Made by a program: the position numbers and the translations under genes
Shown: one piece after another, positions 12,350 through 24,253 of the stretch
How positions within the stretch are numbered: the first letter of the stretch is position 1
Layout of the letters: each line of letters begins with the position of its first letter
Notes under the pieces: model-generated
What the model was told of the DNA's origin: nothing
Databases searched by the model: none
What the model saw: only the letters and a program-made list of their open reading frames with translations
Assembly: GCA_043228905.1 (NCBI GenBank)
Contig: JBHGNT010000007.1
Location: 14,694,001-14,758,000 of the forward strand
DNA length: 64,000 nucleotides
DNA from: Azolla caroliniana
Lineage: Eukaryota > Plantae > Polypodiophyta
Direction: 5' to 3'

Positions 12350-12900
12350 ACTCTAGTACCTAAGAAGCACCTCAAGCGTGTGCCTCCGATTCGGCTCAGG
12401 TAACCCCATATTAGAAGGTTTTACTGATTTGGACATATTAGCTTATGTGAATACCAACCGGTCCATGCTCAAATATGTGATGACTTATATAGGGGGAGTC
12501 ATCTCATCACAATTGAGGTTGTAGAAGGTTGTAACACTGTCGACAGCAGAAGCGGAGTACATGATTGCTATTGAAGACGGCTAGGAGATAATTTGGATGA
12601 AGGATTTCATCAATGAGTTGCGGATTAGGCAAGAGAAATTTTGACTCCACGGCGACAACCAAAGTGTCATCCATCTTGCCAAGAATGATGTTGCCTATCA
12701 CTCCAGGACTAAGCATGTCTAGAGGAGATACCATTGGCTTAGGGAGAGGGTAGAAGAAAAGGATTTTGCTCTAGTGAAGATCCACATGGAGGAAAACAAA
12801 TTGGATATGCTAACGAAGGTGTTGTCGGTAGAGAAGCTGAATGCATGCCGGAAAACGGTTAGACTGACGAGGCACCCCATACCAGAGTGAAGGGGGAGTT
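12350..12900 (+). pseudogene. Old copia element E: RT end, RNase H and PPT
   Basis: Decayed homology to copia A/C RNase H (AEAEY, IHLAKN, RTKHV), followed by GAGTGAAGGGGGAGTT and TGTTAGG. Confidence 0.85.
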
Positions 12901-13050
12901 TGTTAGGAAACAAGTCCCTCGAGTTCTGAGTTTTTTTGGGGCTTTTGGTGCCTTCTGGATGGATTGAGCATGTCAAATTCACTCAAATCTGAGTGGCGTG
13001 AAGACTTAAGACCTGTCTATTTTGACCTAAGTTGTGAGACCCCAGGTATG
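12901..13050 (+). repeat. Start of copia E 3' LTR (right boundary approximate; probably continues at about 57900-58404)
   Basis: TGTTAGGAAACAAGTCCCTC directly after the PPT. Confidence 0.6.
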
Positions 13051-14767
13051 TTCCTCTCATTACCTTTGTTAGACCTCTCTACATTTCAACACACAAAGTA
13101 GCAAGTCTACCACATTATTGTTTTCAAGGATGGCTCAATCATCCTCAGCTTGGAATAAGAAGAAGAAAGAAATTATAGAAGATCGTAGATACAAAACTGC
13201 TTCAGGATAGTCTAGTAGAGGACTGCTCAAAGGCTAAAAAGACATGGTATGGGTCTTTGCCAAGCAAGACATTTACTATCCCATCACAAGACTTGTTGAA
13301 TCCTTTAAAAGTGCACATGTCAAATGCTATTATTCTTTTCTTTCCTGGGAAGATGCCATCTGCAAATGACGTAGCTCAATGGATAAAAGCCATGTTTAAA
13401 GTCTATTTAGTTAATGGAGTTTATTTCGCTGCTAGAGGCTTTTACGAAGTGTTTCTATTAGAGCTGAAGTACAAAATTCAATATCCTTTAACATATAGAG
13501 ATCAAACGGTTCATGCATTGTTGTGATCTTTGACAAAAGACTATCAAGAACTCATTCGTCACAAATGTCTTGTCTAGGTGGAAGTGCCTAACTTTCCACG
13601 AAATTGGAATCACTTGTTACCTACAATTGCAGTGGGAATGGGGAGATTAGTATGCCCCCCAAAAACTACAAGTACTTCTAATAGATTTTGCATTCTTTGG
13701 GACACAGGTGTTCCGATCTTGGAAGGTATCACCCTTAACTAGGATGATCCAACTATTGGCGCAAGACCTTTCATGTTGAAATGGGGCAAATTTGCAGGTG
13801 CATGTTACACATGTAACAAGTTTGGTCATATGCAATTAGACTGCACAACACTGACTATTCAGCCACCTAAAACTGCAATGTTGAAACCTGCATCACAGAA
13901 AAAAAATAGTCAAGTTTCTGCTTCAAAGGCAGCCAACCAATCCATCCAAAAACCGAGAGTACAAGACAAAGGGAAAAGTAAAGTCCTACAGACAACTAGT
14001 CATGTGCAATCAAACATGCACAATTTCAGACTATCCTCTTATGTGGACAAAGAGAACATTAAAGGATGGCAAATATCTAAGAAATCCTTTAGCAGCAAGA
14101 CACCTGTGGTGGTGAGGAACTACACTTACGCACTTGAAAATCAAGGTTCATCTTTACAGGTTAATTCTTCAATGCTCTCTTCAGTCTCAAATGCTTGGAA
14201 AAGGGTGAGTAGAGGCTCATATGTGGACATTTACAAAGATGGATCAAATGTAAATATTAGTCTTCATGTAAATAAGCATGGAGGTGATACTAATATTGAA
14301 TCAGATTAGTATTTTGCTTTGTTTTATATCTTCAACCATATTAATCATGCATAAATAACTCAAATGTTTCTCCTTCAATATACGGGGTCTTTGTAACCCT
14401 GGTAAATGGAAACTATTTTGGAACTATATTATTTCTTCTCAACCCGATGTAATTTGTGTTCAAGAACATAAACAAGTTGAATTCAGTGGTCAAGTTAGTT
14501 CATTTGGAGATTTTGACATCTTCTATGCAGGTCAAGGTACAACATCTGGAGTGCTTATGATCATAAAACATGAGCTAAATCCTACGGTTGCCTATAATGA
14601 TCAACGTGGGAGGTGGATGGTTGTGCAATGCATGATAAATGGCGAGACAGGATTTTGTTGGAATATATGCCCCGAATGCCTCAAGGGATAAAGCTTTACT
14701 TTGGCAAGACATTTGTGCTTATCCATGGCCACAAAATGAATTTATATATGGAGATTTCAACAACTCT

Positions 14768-14995
14768 CCAAATGCAGGTGATAACACTAGTGGGCCCTCA
14801 CATATGTTAAGAGAGGAACAAGGTCAGTGGTATAATATGCAAAGCTCATTGGATTGGGTTGATTTATGGAAAATGACACACCCAAATGCAGGTGATAACA
14901 CTAGTGGGAACTCACATATGTTGAGAGAGGAACAAGGTTAGTGGTATAATATGCAAAGCTCATTGGACTGGGTTGATTTATGGAAAATGACGCAC
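14768..14995 (+). repeat. 114-bp tandem duplication in the LINE endonuclease
   Basis: CCAAATGCAGGTGATAACACTAGTGGG unit begins at 14768 and 14882. Confidence 0.9.
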
Positions 14996-16646
14996 CCATA
15001 TCTTCCTGGTTTTACCTTTCATCACACCACCCACTCCTCATACTATGCAAGGCTTGATAGATGGTATTTGTTGCATGCTATTTAGTATGAAAATTTCACA
15101 TGTACAATGCATATAGATCATGCTTTGCAGTTGTCTGATCATGCTCTTGGCTAGACCTTCATTTTGGGAATCATTCCTATGAAGTGCATCTCCAAAGGAA
15201 GAGACTTATGCTCATCAGCTACCTCAAGCACAAGCTCTTCAAGAGGATGGTGTATTACATAATACCTCCTCTTTATGTAGAAGACAACATAGATGTTGAT
15301 ATAGTGTGGGTACATTTTGTACATAGATTACAAACAATAACACAAGCGTATGGAAAGTCGTATGTCTCAAGACAGAGAGATTCCACTGAACAAGCCAAAT
15401 TTACTTGTCAAGCCCTAACGGAGTTAGCACATAGAAGATCTTTGACTTTACATGAAGAGGATGCATTGTGTATGGCCAAACACACATTGATGCTACGTGA
15501 CAAAGAAAAATGGAAAAATAGCAAGTTAACTCAAGACAATTTCCATTGAAAGACAAAGGATGTTGTTCTAAATCCTTCTTCAAAAGGTTGCATCTAATAT
15601 GCCAAAAGAAATCCATTAAATTCATCAAAACTAGTTATGGTTTGTGGACTACAAACCGACTTGAACTAGGCAAGGCATGTGTAACTCACTTCTCTCACAT
15701 CTTTGAGAACAATGTAGTTGTTACGATGTAGTTCAACAGGCCAAAGATACATTCGTGGCACTAGTTCAACCCACTATTTGCATTGATAACGCCATTTCTT
15801 TGGATGCAACATTCACAATGGAGGAGCTTTTGGAGGCTCGGAAGGGCCTTGGGAAAGGCAAAGTGCCTAGTTGGAATGGTATTATGTTAGAGTTCATTGC
15901 AGAATTTTGGGATGCCCTTAAGGACTACACGCTCCCGAAAACAACGCTCGGCCACAACCGAGTCTAGGATCAAATACAGAAAAACGGGTAATGTACGCAC
16001 GACACAGTAAAGAGAAGAGTACACAGGATGTTAATGTGGAAAAACCCAAACTAGGGAAAAAACCACGGCAGCCCACAGACTGCAAACTATCACTATATCA
16101 CAATGTACAATAGTAAAGCACCGAGGCAACAACCTCGAGCTTGCTATCTTCGCCACAAGCAGCGGTTATGTTAAGAGTCTATTACTAATCAATAGACCAA
16201 ATCAAGTAAAAAGGAAGAAAATAGATTGGATAGAAGAACCCGTTCCACCCGACCACCCCCGAGCTATGATCTAGACATAGCCAACCTACCACCGACGTCC
16301 CATACCGCTGGATATTAGGATGACTAATACCTTGGAAGAGATAAACACGATCGTCGAGACGAAAGCCTAGCCCGCACCACCGGTGTCTACGACAGCAGCC
16401 TTCCGACGTGATTCCTATGAGGGTAGCTAAGCCTCATATTTATACCTTTTCCTAGGCCCCTTGAATAGATGTGCCTTTCTAAAAGGCTCTCTATTCATTG
16501 GTTGTCTAAATCATGATAGTGCATGCACATATCATTCATTCTATCCAATCATTAGTCCCCTTTTTAATAATAGTGAACATACCCTTCACTAATGTAAATA
16601 TTAGTGACCTACCCTCACCAACGTTATGTGTACATAACATACTCCC

Positions 16647-18062
16647 CTACTTCAAAAGATTGCACTCTTGCAATATAAAGTGAGGAAATTGTGCCTTAAG
16701 CGAATGCTTGCGTTCCCATGTGGCATCATCAATAGGTTTATCCATCCATTTGATCTTGAATAGCCGAATCTCTTTAGAACGTAAACGTTTAGTACGAGAA
16801 TCAAGAATTCGTTCAGGAACATGAGGTTTGTAAGAAAAATCCTCTAATGTTACAAGATCTTGGATTGTGATGGTGTTATCACCAGAGCCTAAAAATGGTT
16901 TTAGACGACTGACGTGAAAAATAGGATGAATACCCACGTTACGAGGTAAGGCAAGGTGATAAGCAGATGACCCAACTCGCTTAAGGATTTCAAATGGGCC
17001 ACAATATCGTGGGGCTAACTTAGCGCACTTGCTCGTAGATAATGACGTAGAATCAGTCGGGACACGCAAAAAAACTTTTTGACCAATAGTAAATGCACGA
17101 GGACGTCTATCCTGATCAGCATAAAATTGAGCACGATCTTGAGCTGTCTTGACATTTTCTTTGGCAATATGCAACATTTGGTTCATGTCTTGCAAAAAAT
17201 TGCGTGTACTGTCTAATGTATCACGATGAATCGTGACATTAACTGGGGCACGTGGCTGAAAACCATACATCAACATAAAAGGACTATATCCAGTGGATGT
17301 ATGTTTAGAGCTATTATAGGCAAATTCTAAGATAGGAAGGTATTGCTCCCACTTAGAAGGGGTTTTTGCTACATAAGCTCGAAGCATGTCCTCAATAATT
17401 TGATTAACTCGTTCAGTTTGTCCATGAGACTGAGGATGATCTGCGGAACTCATGCTCAACGTAGTTTCTAGTTTCTTAAAGACCTGAGTCCAAAAGTCAC
17501 TAGTAAACTTGGAATCTCGATCACTAACAATATCCATCGGTAATCCATAAAAACGAAATAACTCATCAACAAATTGATAAGCCAACTGTTGAGCGGTTAC
17601 CGTGGTTTTTGTAGGAATAAATCTAGCTAATTTTGTTAGCCTGTCAACGACAACCCATATGGCATCATGACCCCTCTGTGTACGAGGTAAACTAACAATA
17701 AAATCCATCGAGATACTTTCCCATTTATTGTTGGGAATATCTAAGGGATGTAAAAGACTAGCAGCTTTAAGTCGTTCCGACTTATTAATCTGACATTGTA
17801 AGCATTGAGTTACGTATTTATGCACGTCAGAGCGCATCTTAGGCCAGAAAAAAGTACACGAGATGAGAACGAGTGTGCGTTGTATTCCAGGATGACCAGC
17901 AGATGGTGCATCATGACATTCATGAAAAATTTTCTGTTTAACATTTGGTAAATCTGGAACACAGACCTTTCCACTACAGTAGAGCAAACCGTTTGTAATG
18001 TGAAAGGTCGCCTTCGAGGGTAGGGTGCTAGTATCGGCATCTAAACCAGATTCGGCTTTCGT
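16647..18062 (-). CDS. Integrase plus chromodomain, same frame as gag-pol but after an in-frame TAG
   Basis: HHCC (CHD..GHPG..CLQC), SMDFI / SDRD / GQTERVNQ core, GPF motif, chromodomain PERILD..KW..ATWE. Confidence 0.88.
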   Translation of the reverse strand, partial: TKAESGLDADTSTLPSKATFHITNGLLYCSGKVCVPDLPNVKQKIFHECHDAPSAGHPGIQRTLVLISCTFFWPKMRSDVHKYVTQCLQCQINKSERLKAASLLHPLDIPNNKWESISMDFIVSLPRTQRGHDAIWVVVDRLTKLARFIPTKTTVTAQQLAYQFVDELFRFYGLPMDIVSDRDSKFTSDFWTQVFKKLETTLSMSSADHPQSHGQTERVNQIIEDMLRAYVAKTPSKWEQYLPILEFAYNSSKHTSTGYSPFMLMYGFQPRAPVNVTIHRDTLDSTRNFLQDMNQMLHIAKENVKTAQDRAQFYADQDRRPRAFTIGQKVFLRVPTDSTSLSTSKCAKLAPRYCGPFEILKRVGSSAYHLALPRNVGIHPIFHVSRLKPFLGSGDNTITIQDLVTLEDFSYKPHVPERILDSRTKRLRSKEIRLFKIKWMDKPIDDATWERKHSLKAQFPHFILQECNLLK

Positions 18063-21050
18063 CTAGTATTTTGAGAAATAACTGTCATCAAGGTATTTCC
18101 CTCGAAGGTGATCTAAAAGATCAGATTTTATTTCCGTGAAGCTAAGCATGTTAACTTCTTTAATGCGACTAAGAGCATCAGCAACGGTGTTCATAGAACC
18201 CTTGCGATATCGTATGGAAAAATCAAAATCTTGCATAAGGTCAGCCCAACGGCCTTTACGACCAACAAGATTGGGCTGGTCACAAAAATACTTTAATGAT
18301 TGATGGTCTGTTGTAACCACAAATTTATTTCCATAGAGATAGTGCCTCCATGTTTTAAGTGCGTGTATCACCGCAAACAACTCTTTCTCTTGAACCGAAT
18401 ACCGAGATTGAGCAGCATCAAGCTTCTTACTTTCAAAAGCAATAGGGTGACCACCTTGATAAAGAACGGCACCAATAGCATAATCATTAGCATCGGTTTC
18501 AATTGAGAAAGGCTTAGAAGGGTCTGGTAATAGAAGAGTCGGAGCCTGACACACATGCTCCTTGACTGTCTCAAATGATTTGTCAAGTTGTTCATTCCAT
18601 GAAATTGGTTTGACAGACTTATGTGGATGACCTTTTAAAAGGTCAGTTAATGGCGTAGTCAATTTGGAATAGTTACGAATTGATTTTCGTAAAAATCCAA
18701 CAAACCCTAAGAATGATCTAAGTTCACGAATATTACGAGGAATGGGCCAAAGTTTAACCTTTTCAATACGAGAAGGTTCAATTTCAACGCCATTTTCTGT
18801 AATTAAATGACCTAGGTACACAATAGATTTTTGGAAGAAGTCACATTTTGAATGTTTTGCATAGAAAGAGTTGTCACGCAACTTTCGCAAAACAAATCGA
18901 ACATGTTGAACATGATCTTGCAAGGTACGGCTATATATCAAAATATCATCCAAGAAGACGACAACAAAATCACCGAGTTGATCTCGGAAAACATCATTCA
19001 TCGCTTGTTGGAATGTGGCTGGAGCATTAGTCAACCCAAACGGCATGACTAAAAACTCATAATGGCCATAGCGCGTACGAAAAGCGGTTTTAGGAATATC
19101 ATCCTCGGCGATGCGAATCTGATGATAACCAGTTCGTAAGTCAATTTTCGTAAAATATCGAGCCCCGTGCAAACGATCAATCAAATCATCGGCACGAGGT
19201 AATGGATATGCTTTCTTAATTGTCATTTTATTCAAACGGCGATAATTGATACACATTCGCCACGAACCTTCCTTCTTCTTGACTAATAGAACTGGCGCAC
19301 CCCAAGGTGATTTACTATACCTAATGTGGCCCATACTCAAGTATTCCTTAAGTTGTTTAGCGATCTCATCCTCTTCTAATCGATTAAGTCGGTAAGGTGG
19401 AATGCTCACAGGAGCAGCCCCAGGGATGAGTTCAATTTGATGGTCCACATTACGTTTAGGTGGTAAAGTAAGCGGTAATTCAGTAGGAAACACATCTTGA
19501 AAATCCTCTAAAATAGAGTCGAGTAATCGTTGCTCAAAATGTGGTAATTGTGTGGCATCAATATTAAAATAATAAAATTGAACCGCAGGATCAATTACAC
19601 ACGAATAAATTAATGAACTAGAATACTCACTTAAAGATTTAGAAGACACAAGTGAATGAGAAGGAAGTTTGGAACATTGAATAAAATGTTTACAATTATT
19701 AAGTTCAAATGTGATTGAGTGATTAACCCAATCAATGGACAAAGAAGGGTTTTTATTAAAAAACCAAGGATATCCTAAGATGACATCTGCGGATTGTAAT
19801 TTCATAACATGAAAGTCAAGCTTCTCCAAATAAGTATCTATTTGAATTGGCAGTTGACAAACAATGCCACTGATGTATTGAACGTTTCCATTTGCCATGT
19901 GAACTTGATAGATATGATCACTTGCGTTTATGTGGAGCTCCATTTGCTGCACAAAGTGATCATTAAGAAAATTGTGAGAACTACCGGAATCAAACAAGAA
20001 ATGTGCTTGTGTTCCATTGATATATCCGACTGCTCGGAGTAAATCATTAGGTCCAAGTAAATGTGAAGGAAAAGTGCATTCACATAAACTTAAGTGATTG
20101 GTATGAACTTCAACAATATCAAAAGACTCACCTGTGTGACTCGTAGATTTGTCTTGAGGAGGGGTGTTCATTGACTTCCTCTCAAGACGACGACAGGTAT
20201 CCTTTGTGTGGCCCCGCTTCTTGCAATATGCACAGAAGAGGTTCGGTTTCTTTGAGTCGCGGTCAAGAGTGTCACTGGATTGCTTACGTTTCCCAATGAA
20301 CTTGACATTCGGAGTTTTGGCGAACTCAAGTTTATTGTGGTCTTTCTTGGAAGTACTATGGTATCGCAGCACAATGTTGACGGCTTCCTCGAAAGTTGTG
20401 GGGTCCTTGTCATGGACAATCCAATGATAATCCCCATTGGGAATACCATTCAAAAAACAAGCGACAAACCATTTCTCACCCGTAAGTCCCGATTTTTGGA
20501 TCTGGGTCCGAGCGTGATGCACATAATCCTCGAGAGAGGTAAATGGCTTACTAGACAATGTGAGCAAGTGTTGCGCTTGTTCGGTTTGAGAAGGTGGCTG
20601 CAAGAATTGTTTCTTAAAAACATCAACGAAACCTTCCCAAGTTGTGGGTAAGTTTTTTGCGGTCCTTAGGCCACGCCACCAAGCAGCAGCTCGACCACCT
20701 AACTCACGACCGACATAACCAATTTTTACTGCATCGGGCTTGGGATGAAGCTCAAAGTGAGACTCCCAACGACCAAGCCAAGTGCTAATGGCCTCCTCGG
20801 TTCTTTCTTTCTTATCTCCCTTGAAAGGCGTGACTACGAAGGAAGGTTCACCTTCTTTCTTCGACTCAATAGTTAATTCTTGGAATTTCTTTTCCAATGC
20901 CATATTGGCCTGTCTCATTTCGGCCAATTGATTCAAGGTAGTAGTGAGCAATTGCTCAATAGTGATCTCAGCTTGTGTGCGAGATGCGGATTGGGGTTGA
21001 GAGGTCTTATTTGGAGAGATCGTTCCAACTGCGTTCAAAACTTGTTCCAT
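18063..21050 (-). CDS. gag-protease-RT-RNase H polyprotein (995 aa)
   Basis: CAYCKKRGHTKDTC, LFDSGSSHNF, MPFGLTNAPATF, FLDDILIYS, EKELFA motifs. Confidence 0.92.
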   Translation of the reverse strand: MEQVLNAVGTISPNKTSQPQSASRTQAEITIEQLLTTTLNQLAEMRQANMALEKKFQELTIESKKEGEPSFVVTPFKGDKKERTEEAISTWLGRWESHFELHPKPDAVKIGYVGRELGGRAAAWWRGLRTAKNLPTTWEGFVDVFKKQFLQPPSQTEQAQHLLTLSSKPFTSLEDYVHHARTQIQKSGLTGEKWFVACFLNGIPNGDYHWIVHDKDPTTFEEAVNIVLRYHSTSKKDHNKLEFAKTPNVKFIGKRKQSSDTLDRDSKKPNLFCAYCKKRGHTKDTCRRLERKSMNTPPQDKSTSHTGESFDIVEVHTNHLSLCECTFPSHLLGPNDLLRAVGYINGTQAHFLFDSGSSHNFLNDHFVQQMELHINASDHIYQVHMANGNVQYISGIVCQLPIQIDTYLEKLDFHVMKLQSADVILGYPWFFNKNPSLSIDWVNHSITFELNNCKHFIQCSKLPSHSLVSSKSLSEYSSSLIYSCVIDPAVQFYYFNIDATQLPHFEQRLLDSILEDFQDVFPTELPLTLPPKRNVDHQIELIPGAAPVSIPPYRLNRLEEDEIAKQLKEYLSMGHIRYSKSPWGAPVLLVKKKEGSWRMCINYRRLNKMTIKKAYPLPRADDLIDRLHGARYFTKIDLRTGYHQIRIAEDDIPKTAFRTRYGHYEFLVMPFGLTNAPATFQQAMNDVFRDQLGDFVVVFLDDILIYSRTLQDHVQHVRFVLRKLRDNSFYAKHSKCDFFQKSIVYLGHLITENGVEIEPSRIEKVKLWPIPRNIRELRSFLGFVGFLRKSIRNYSKLTTPLTDLLKGHPHKSVKPISWNEQLDKSFETVKEHVCQAPTLLLPDPSKPFSIETDANDYAIGAVLYQGGHPIAFESKKLDAAQSRYSVQEKELFAVIHALKTWRHYLYGNKFVVTTDHQSLKYFCDQPNLVGRKGRWADLMQDFDFSIRYRKGSMNTVADALSRIKEVNMLSFTEIKSDLLDHLRGKYLDDSYFSKY

Positions 21051-22047
21051 GATGCACGCTGTGGGTATGCAATAAAATAAGGAGGTTCAGAAAATACACA
21101 AGCAAAATGAATGCTTGAAATTTTGATTGAAAGAACTTTATCCAAGAAAGTATCTCATGTCTTTACCCCTCTAGACATATGAGATGTGATTCGAGATCCG
21201 ATAACTATGGTAACACTATGGTGTTTTAAAAACCATGGGGGAAAACATAGCTAAGATGTATTTCTCGGATCTCTATCTTGAGTAATCATGGCGGCTCCCC
21301 GAGGCTCAACCATGGTTCTTACATCAATGAAATTTCCTAGATAGCCTTATATTAATGCCAACCCATCATGTATTATATGGTCGAGAAAGTGTATTACGTG
21401 AAAAAACAAGTGCACTCACAAGTAATATTCTAGTCTTGCGAGCAATAAGCAAACGTGATGATAAAATGATAAAATAAGGCACTACTCATAAGAGTTAAGT
21501 AGTGACGAAAACAAGGGTAAAAAAAAAAGAACCCATGTGTTACCTACGAAAAAAACAATGTCACAAATAAATGGGAAGTGCAAGGTATGCACTTATACAT
21601 CCCAATATGATTGTTATAACTTGCACAATTGTGACATAAGCCACAAATTGATACAAGTGATGACGGTGTTGTGCGCAAAGATGTAATACTCAAATCCATG
21701 AGTAAAACATCAATAAGGGAACTCATATGGTTTTACTCGTTTTCTAAGGCTTAATGATAAGAGTTAAACCTAGATGACCCGTTGAAAAAAAAAAATCGTT
21801 CAACAAGCCACTCCATACGAAAAAAATAGTCTACACGTAAAGGTTACATTAAAAATAAATGATGTAAATACTTTATACATGAAAAGGAAGTGGAAAAAGG
21901 AGAGTTAATTGTGGGCGGGTAAATAATAATTACTAGAAAATCATATAAGTGAAACAATACTTATGAAATTAAAATTTAATTAGAATAATCAACAATTAGG
22001 TGTATGAAATCAAACATGCCCTAAGATACGAAACCCTAGGGTAGTTG

Positions 22048-22370
22048 ACATGCACCTCCTCAAGACCACCACATATCCCTAGAATCGGCCAAGTAATGGC
22101 TAATTAAAGAGGAAAGTGGCATAGGTAAGTGACATATACCTCGTCAAGGCCACATCATCCCTTAGAATCGGCCAATTGATGGCTAATTAAAAAGGAAAGT
22201 GGCATATGTAAGCTACATATACCTTGTAAAGGCCACAACATCCCATAGAATCGGCCAATTGATGGCTTAATAGAGAGTAGAGTGGCATAGGTAGGCAACA
22301 TACACCTCGTCAAGGCCACATCATCCCTTAGAATCGGCCAAGTGATGGCTCAATAGAGGGGAAGAGTGGT
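22048..22370. repeat. About four copies of an 83-bp tandem repeat in the chromovirus 5' UTR
   Basis: AGAATCGGCC recurs at 22081, 22164, 22247 and 22330. Confidence 0.92.
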
Positions 22371-23303
22371 ATACTCAACATCATATGCAAAACGGCCATG
22401 AGATAAGCGTGTGCGATTAGAGCAAACACGCTCGACCCAATGCACAAGAATAATTATTATCGTAAGAGTTCAAGAGAGGAGAGAGTGGGATATATATCGC
22501 AATATGCAAAAGGCCATGAGTTGAGCGTGTGCGATTAGAGCAAACACACTCGGCCCGATGCATAATAATAAGTAAAATCGTAGCGTAGTAGGAGGTAGAA
22601 AGAAAGAGAATAAAACGTAATACCAATTTGATTCGACCATAAAGAACGCATAATAGAAAAAGAGAAGAGATCAAAAAAGAAGAATACCGGGTTTAGAGTG
22701 TTGTTTTGATCCTGAGAAGAGCATGACGAGCCTTGTTAGATCCCCCTCGCTCACACGCAAAAAACATCAAAACAACAAAAAAATTGTTAGTAAAAGCTCT
22801 GATACCACTGTTAAGAGTCTATTACTAATCAATAGACCAAATCAAGTAAAAAGGAAGAAAATAGATTGGATAGAAGAACCCGTTCCACCCGACCACCCCC
22901 GATCTATGATCTAGACATAGCCAACCTACCACCGACGTCCCATACCGCCGGATATTAGGATGACTAATACCTTGGAAGAGATAAACACGATCGTCGAGAC
23001 GAAAGCCTAGCCCGCACCACCGGTGTCTACGACAGCAGCCTTCCGACGTGATTCCTATGAGGGTAGCTAAGCCTCATATTTATACCTTTTCCTAGGCCCC
23101 TTGAATAGATGTGCCTTTCTAAAAGGCTCTCTATTCATTGGTTGTCTAAATCATGATAGTGCATGCACATATCATTCATTCTATCCAATCATTAGTCCCC
23201 TTTTTAATAATAGTGAACATACCCTTCACTAATGTAAATATTAGTGACCTACCCTCACCAACGTTATGTGTACATAACAGGTTACAACAGAGGCAACGAC
23301 CTC

Positions 23304-23343
<40 letters not shown>

Positions 23344-24253
23344 CACAGTTACGTACAGAATTATCGCAACAACAATAATCACACAACTAACTCTCTAAGT
23401 TTGTCCTAAGTCATATTTATACTAATATGACTTTTCGGCTATTTACAAATATAGCCCCAATGGACTCTCAGAAACATATTTACGAATATGTCCCTTCATC
23501 CGGTGGGCGCTTCTCACCGGGCATGCACATCCGGCTCTTGCCAGGCACTCGTCATCCGGTTCTCACCAGGTCTTCTCACTTCCCATCCGGAGGGACCTGT
23601 TTCCTAACACTTAATCCTATCTATGGCAAACAATGCTTGGCAACAATGGGATATGCCCATCTCATGGAAAGAAGGTTTGGTCAAATTAATACCCAAAAAG
23701 AAACTGTGTGAATCTTTTTTGGATTGGCAACCAATCACTCTCATGCCAATGATCTATAAACTTATTGCAAAGATAATTGCTAATCGTATTAAGGACACTT
23801 TGTTGGGAGGCATCCACGTAAACCAGTACAGGTTCATTCCCCAAAGGAAAATTACAGATAATGGGAGGAATATGTCTATCTAGTGGGAGGAGGAGCCGAC
23901 TGTCCAGAGTACCTGACAGTCGATAACTACAAGGAGCCGACTGATCAGACCAAGGAGAGTCGACAGTCGAAGAGAGGGAAGAACAGACTGTTCGGAAATA
24001 GCCGACAATTGAAGAGTCGGAAACATAGTCGATTGTTTTTCTAATAGGTTGATTATTATTATTGTAATGATAATAATAGTGATAATATGTAGTAGGGGCT
24101 ACATGTGTAAATAGCCCATACAATGTATTAGTATATATACATTTAGGGAAAACGTGTGCGTCGGAAAACGTGTGCGCGTGTGAGTAGAACAAAAGTAGTG
24201 CATGAGCGTGTGAGACAGAGAGTGAGTGAGAGTGGCGCCATAGTTGTGTGCGT

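Larger units (their letters stand above)
16169..23279 (-). mobile_element. Young Ty3/gypsy chromovirus (Reina/Tekay-like), nearly intact
   Basis: 471-bp LTRs 16169-16639 and 22809-23279 (2 differences seen), TSD GGTTA, PBS TGGTATCAGAGC 22796-22807, PPT at 16640-16650. Confidence 0.97.
15926..23609 (-). repeat. copia solo LTR (family related to copia A), split by the chromovirus at 16169-23279
   Basis: Homology to LTR 90-635 (GCTCGGCCACAACCGAGTC, GGAAAAAACCACGG, TCCCATCCGGAGGGACC..CCTAACA). Left terminus and TSD are damaged. Confidence 0.82.

Noticed and set aside
23307-23340. (CT)n microsatellite, also near 59153-59179 and 59642-59672
   Set aside because: Ordinary GA/CT tracts within LTRs.
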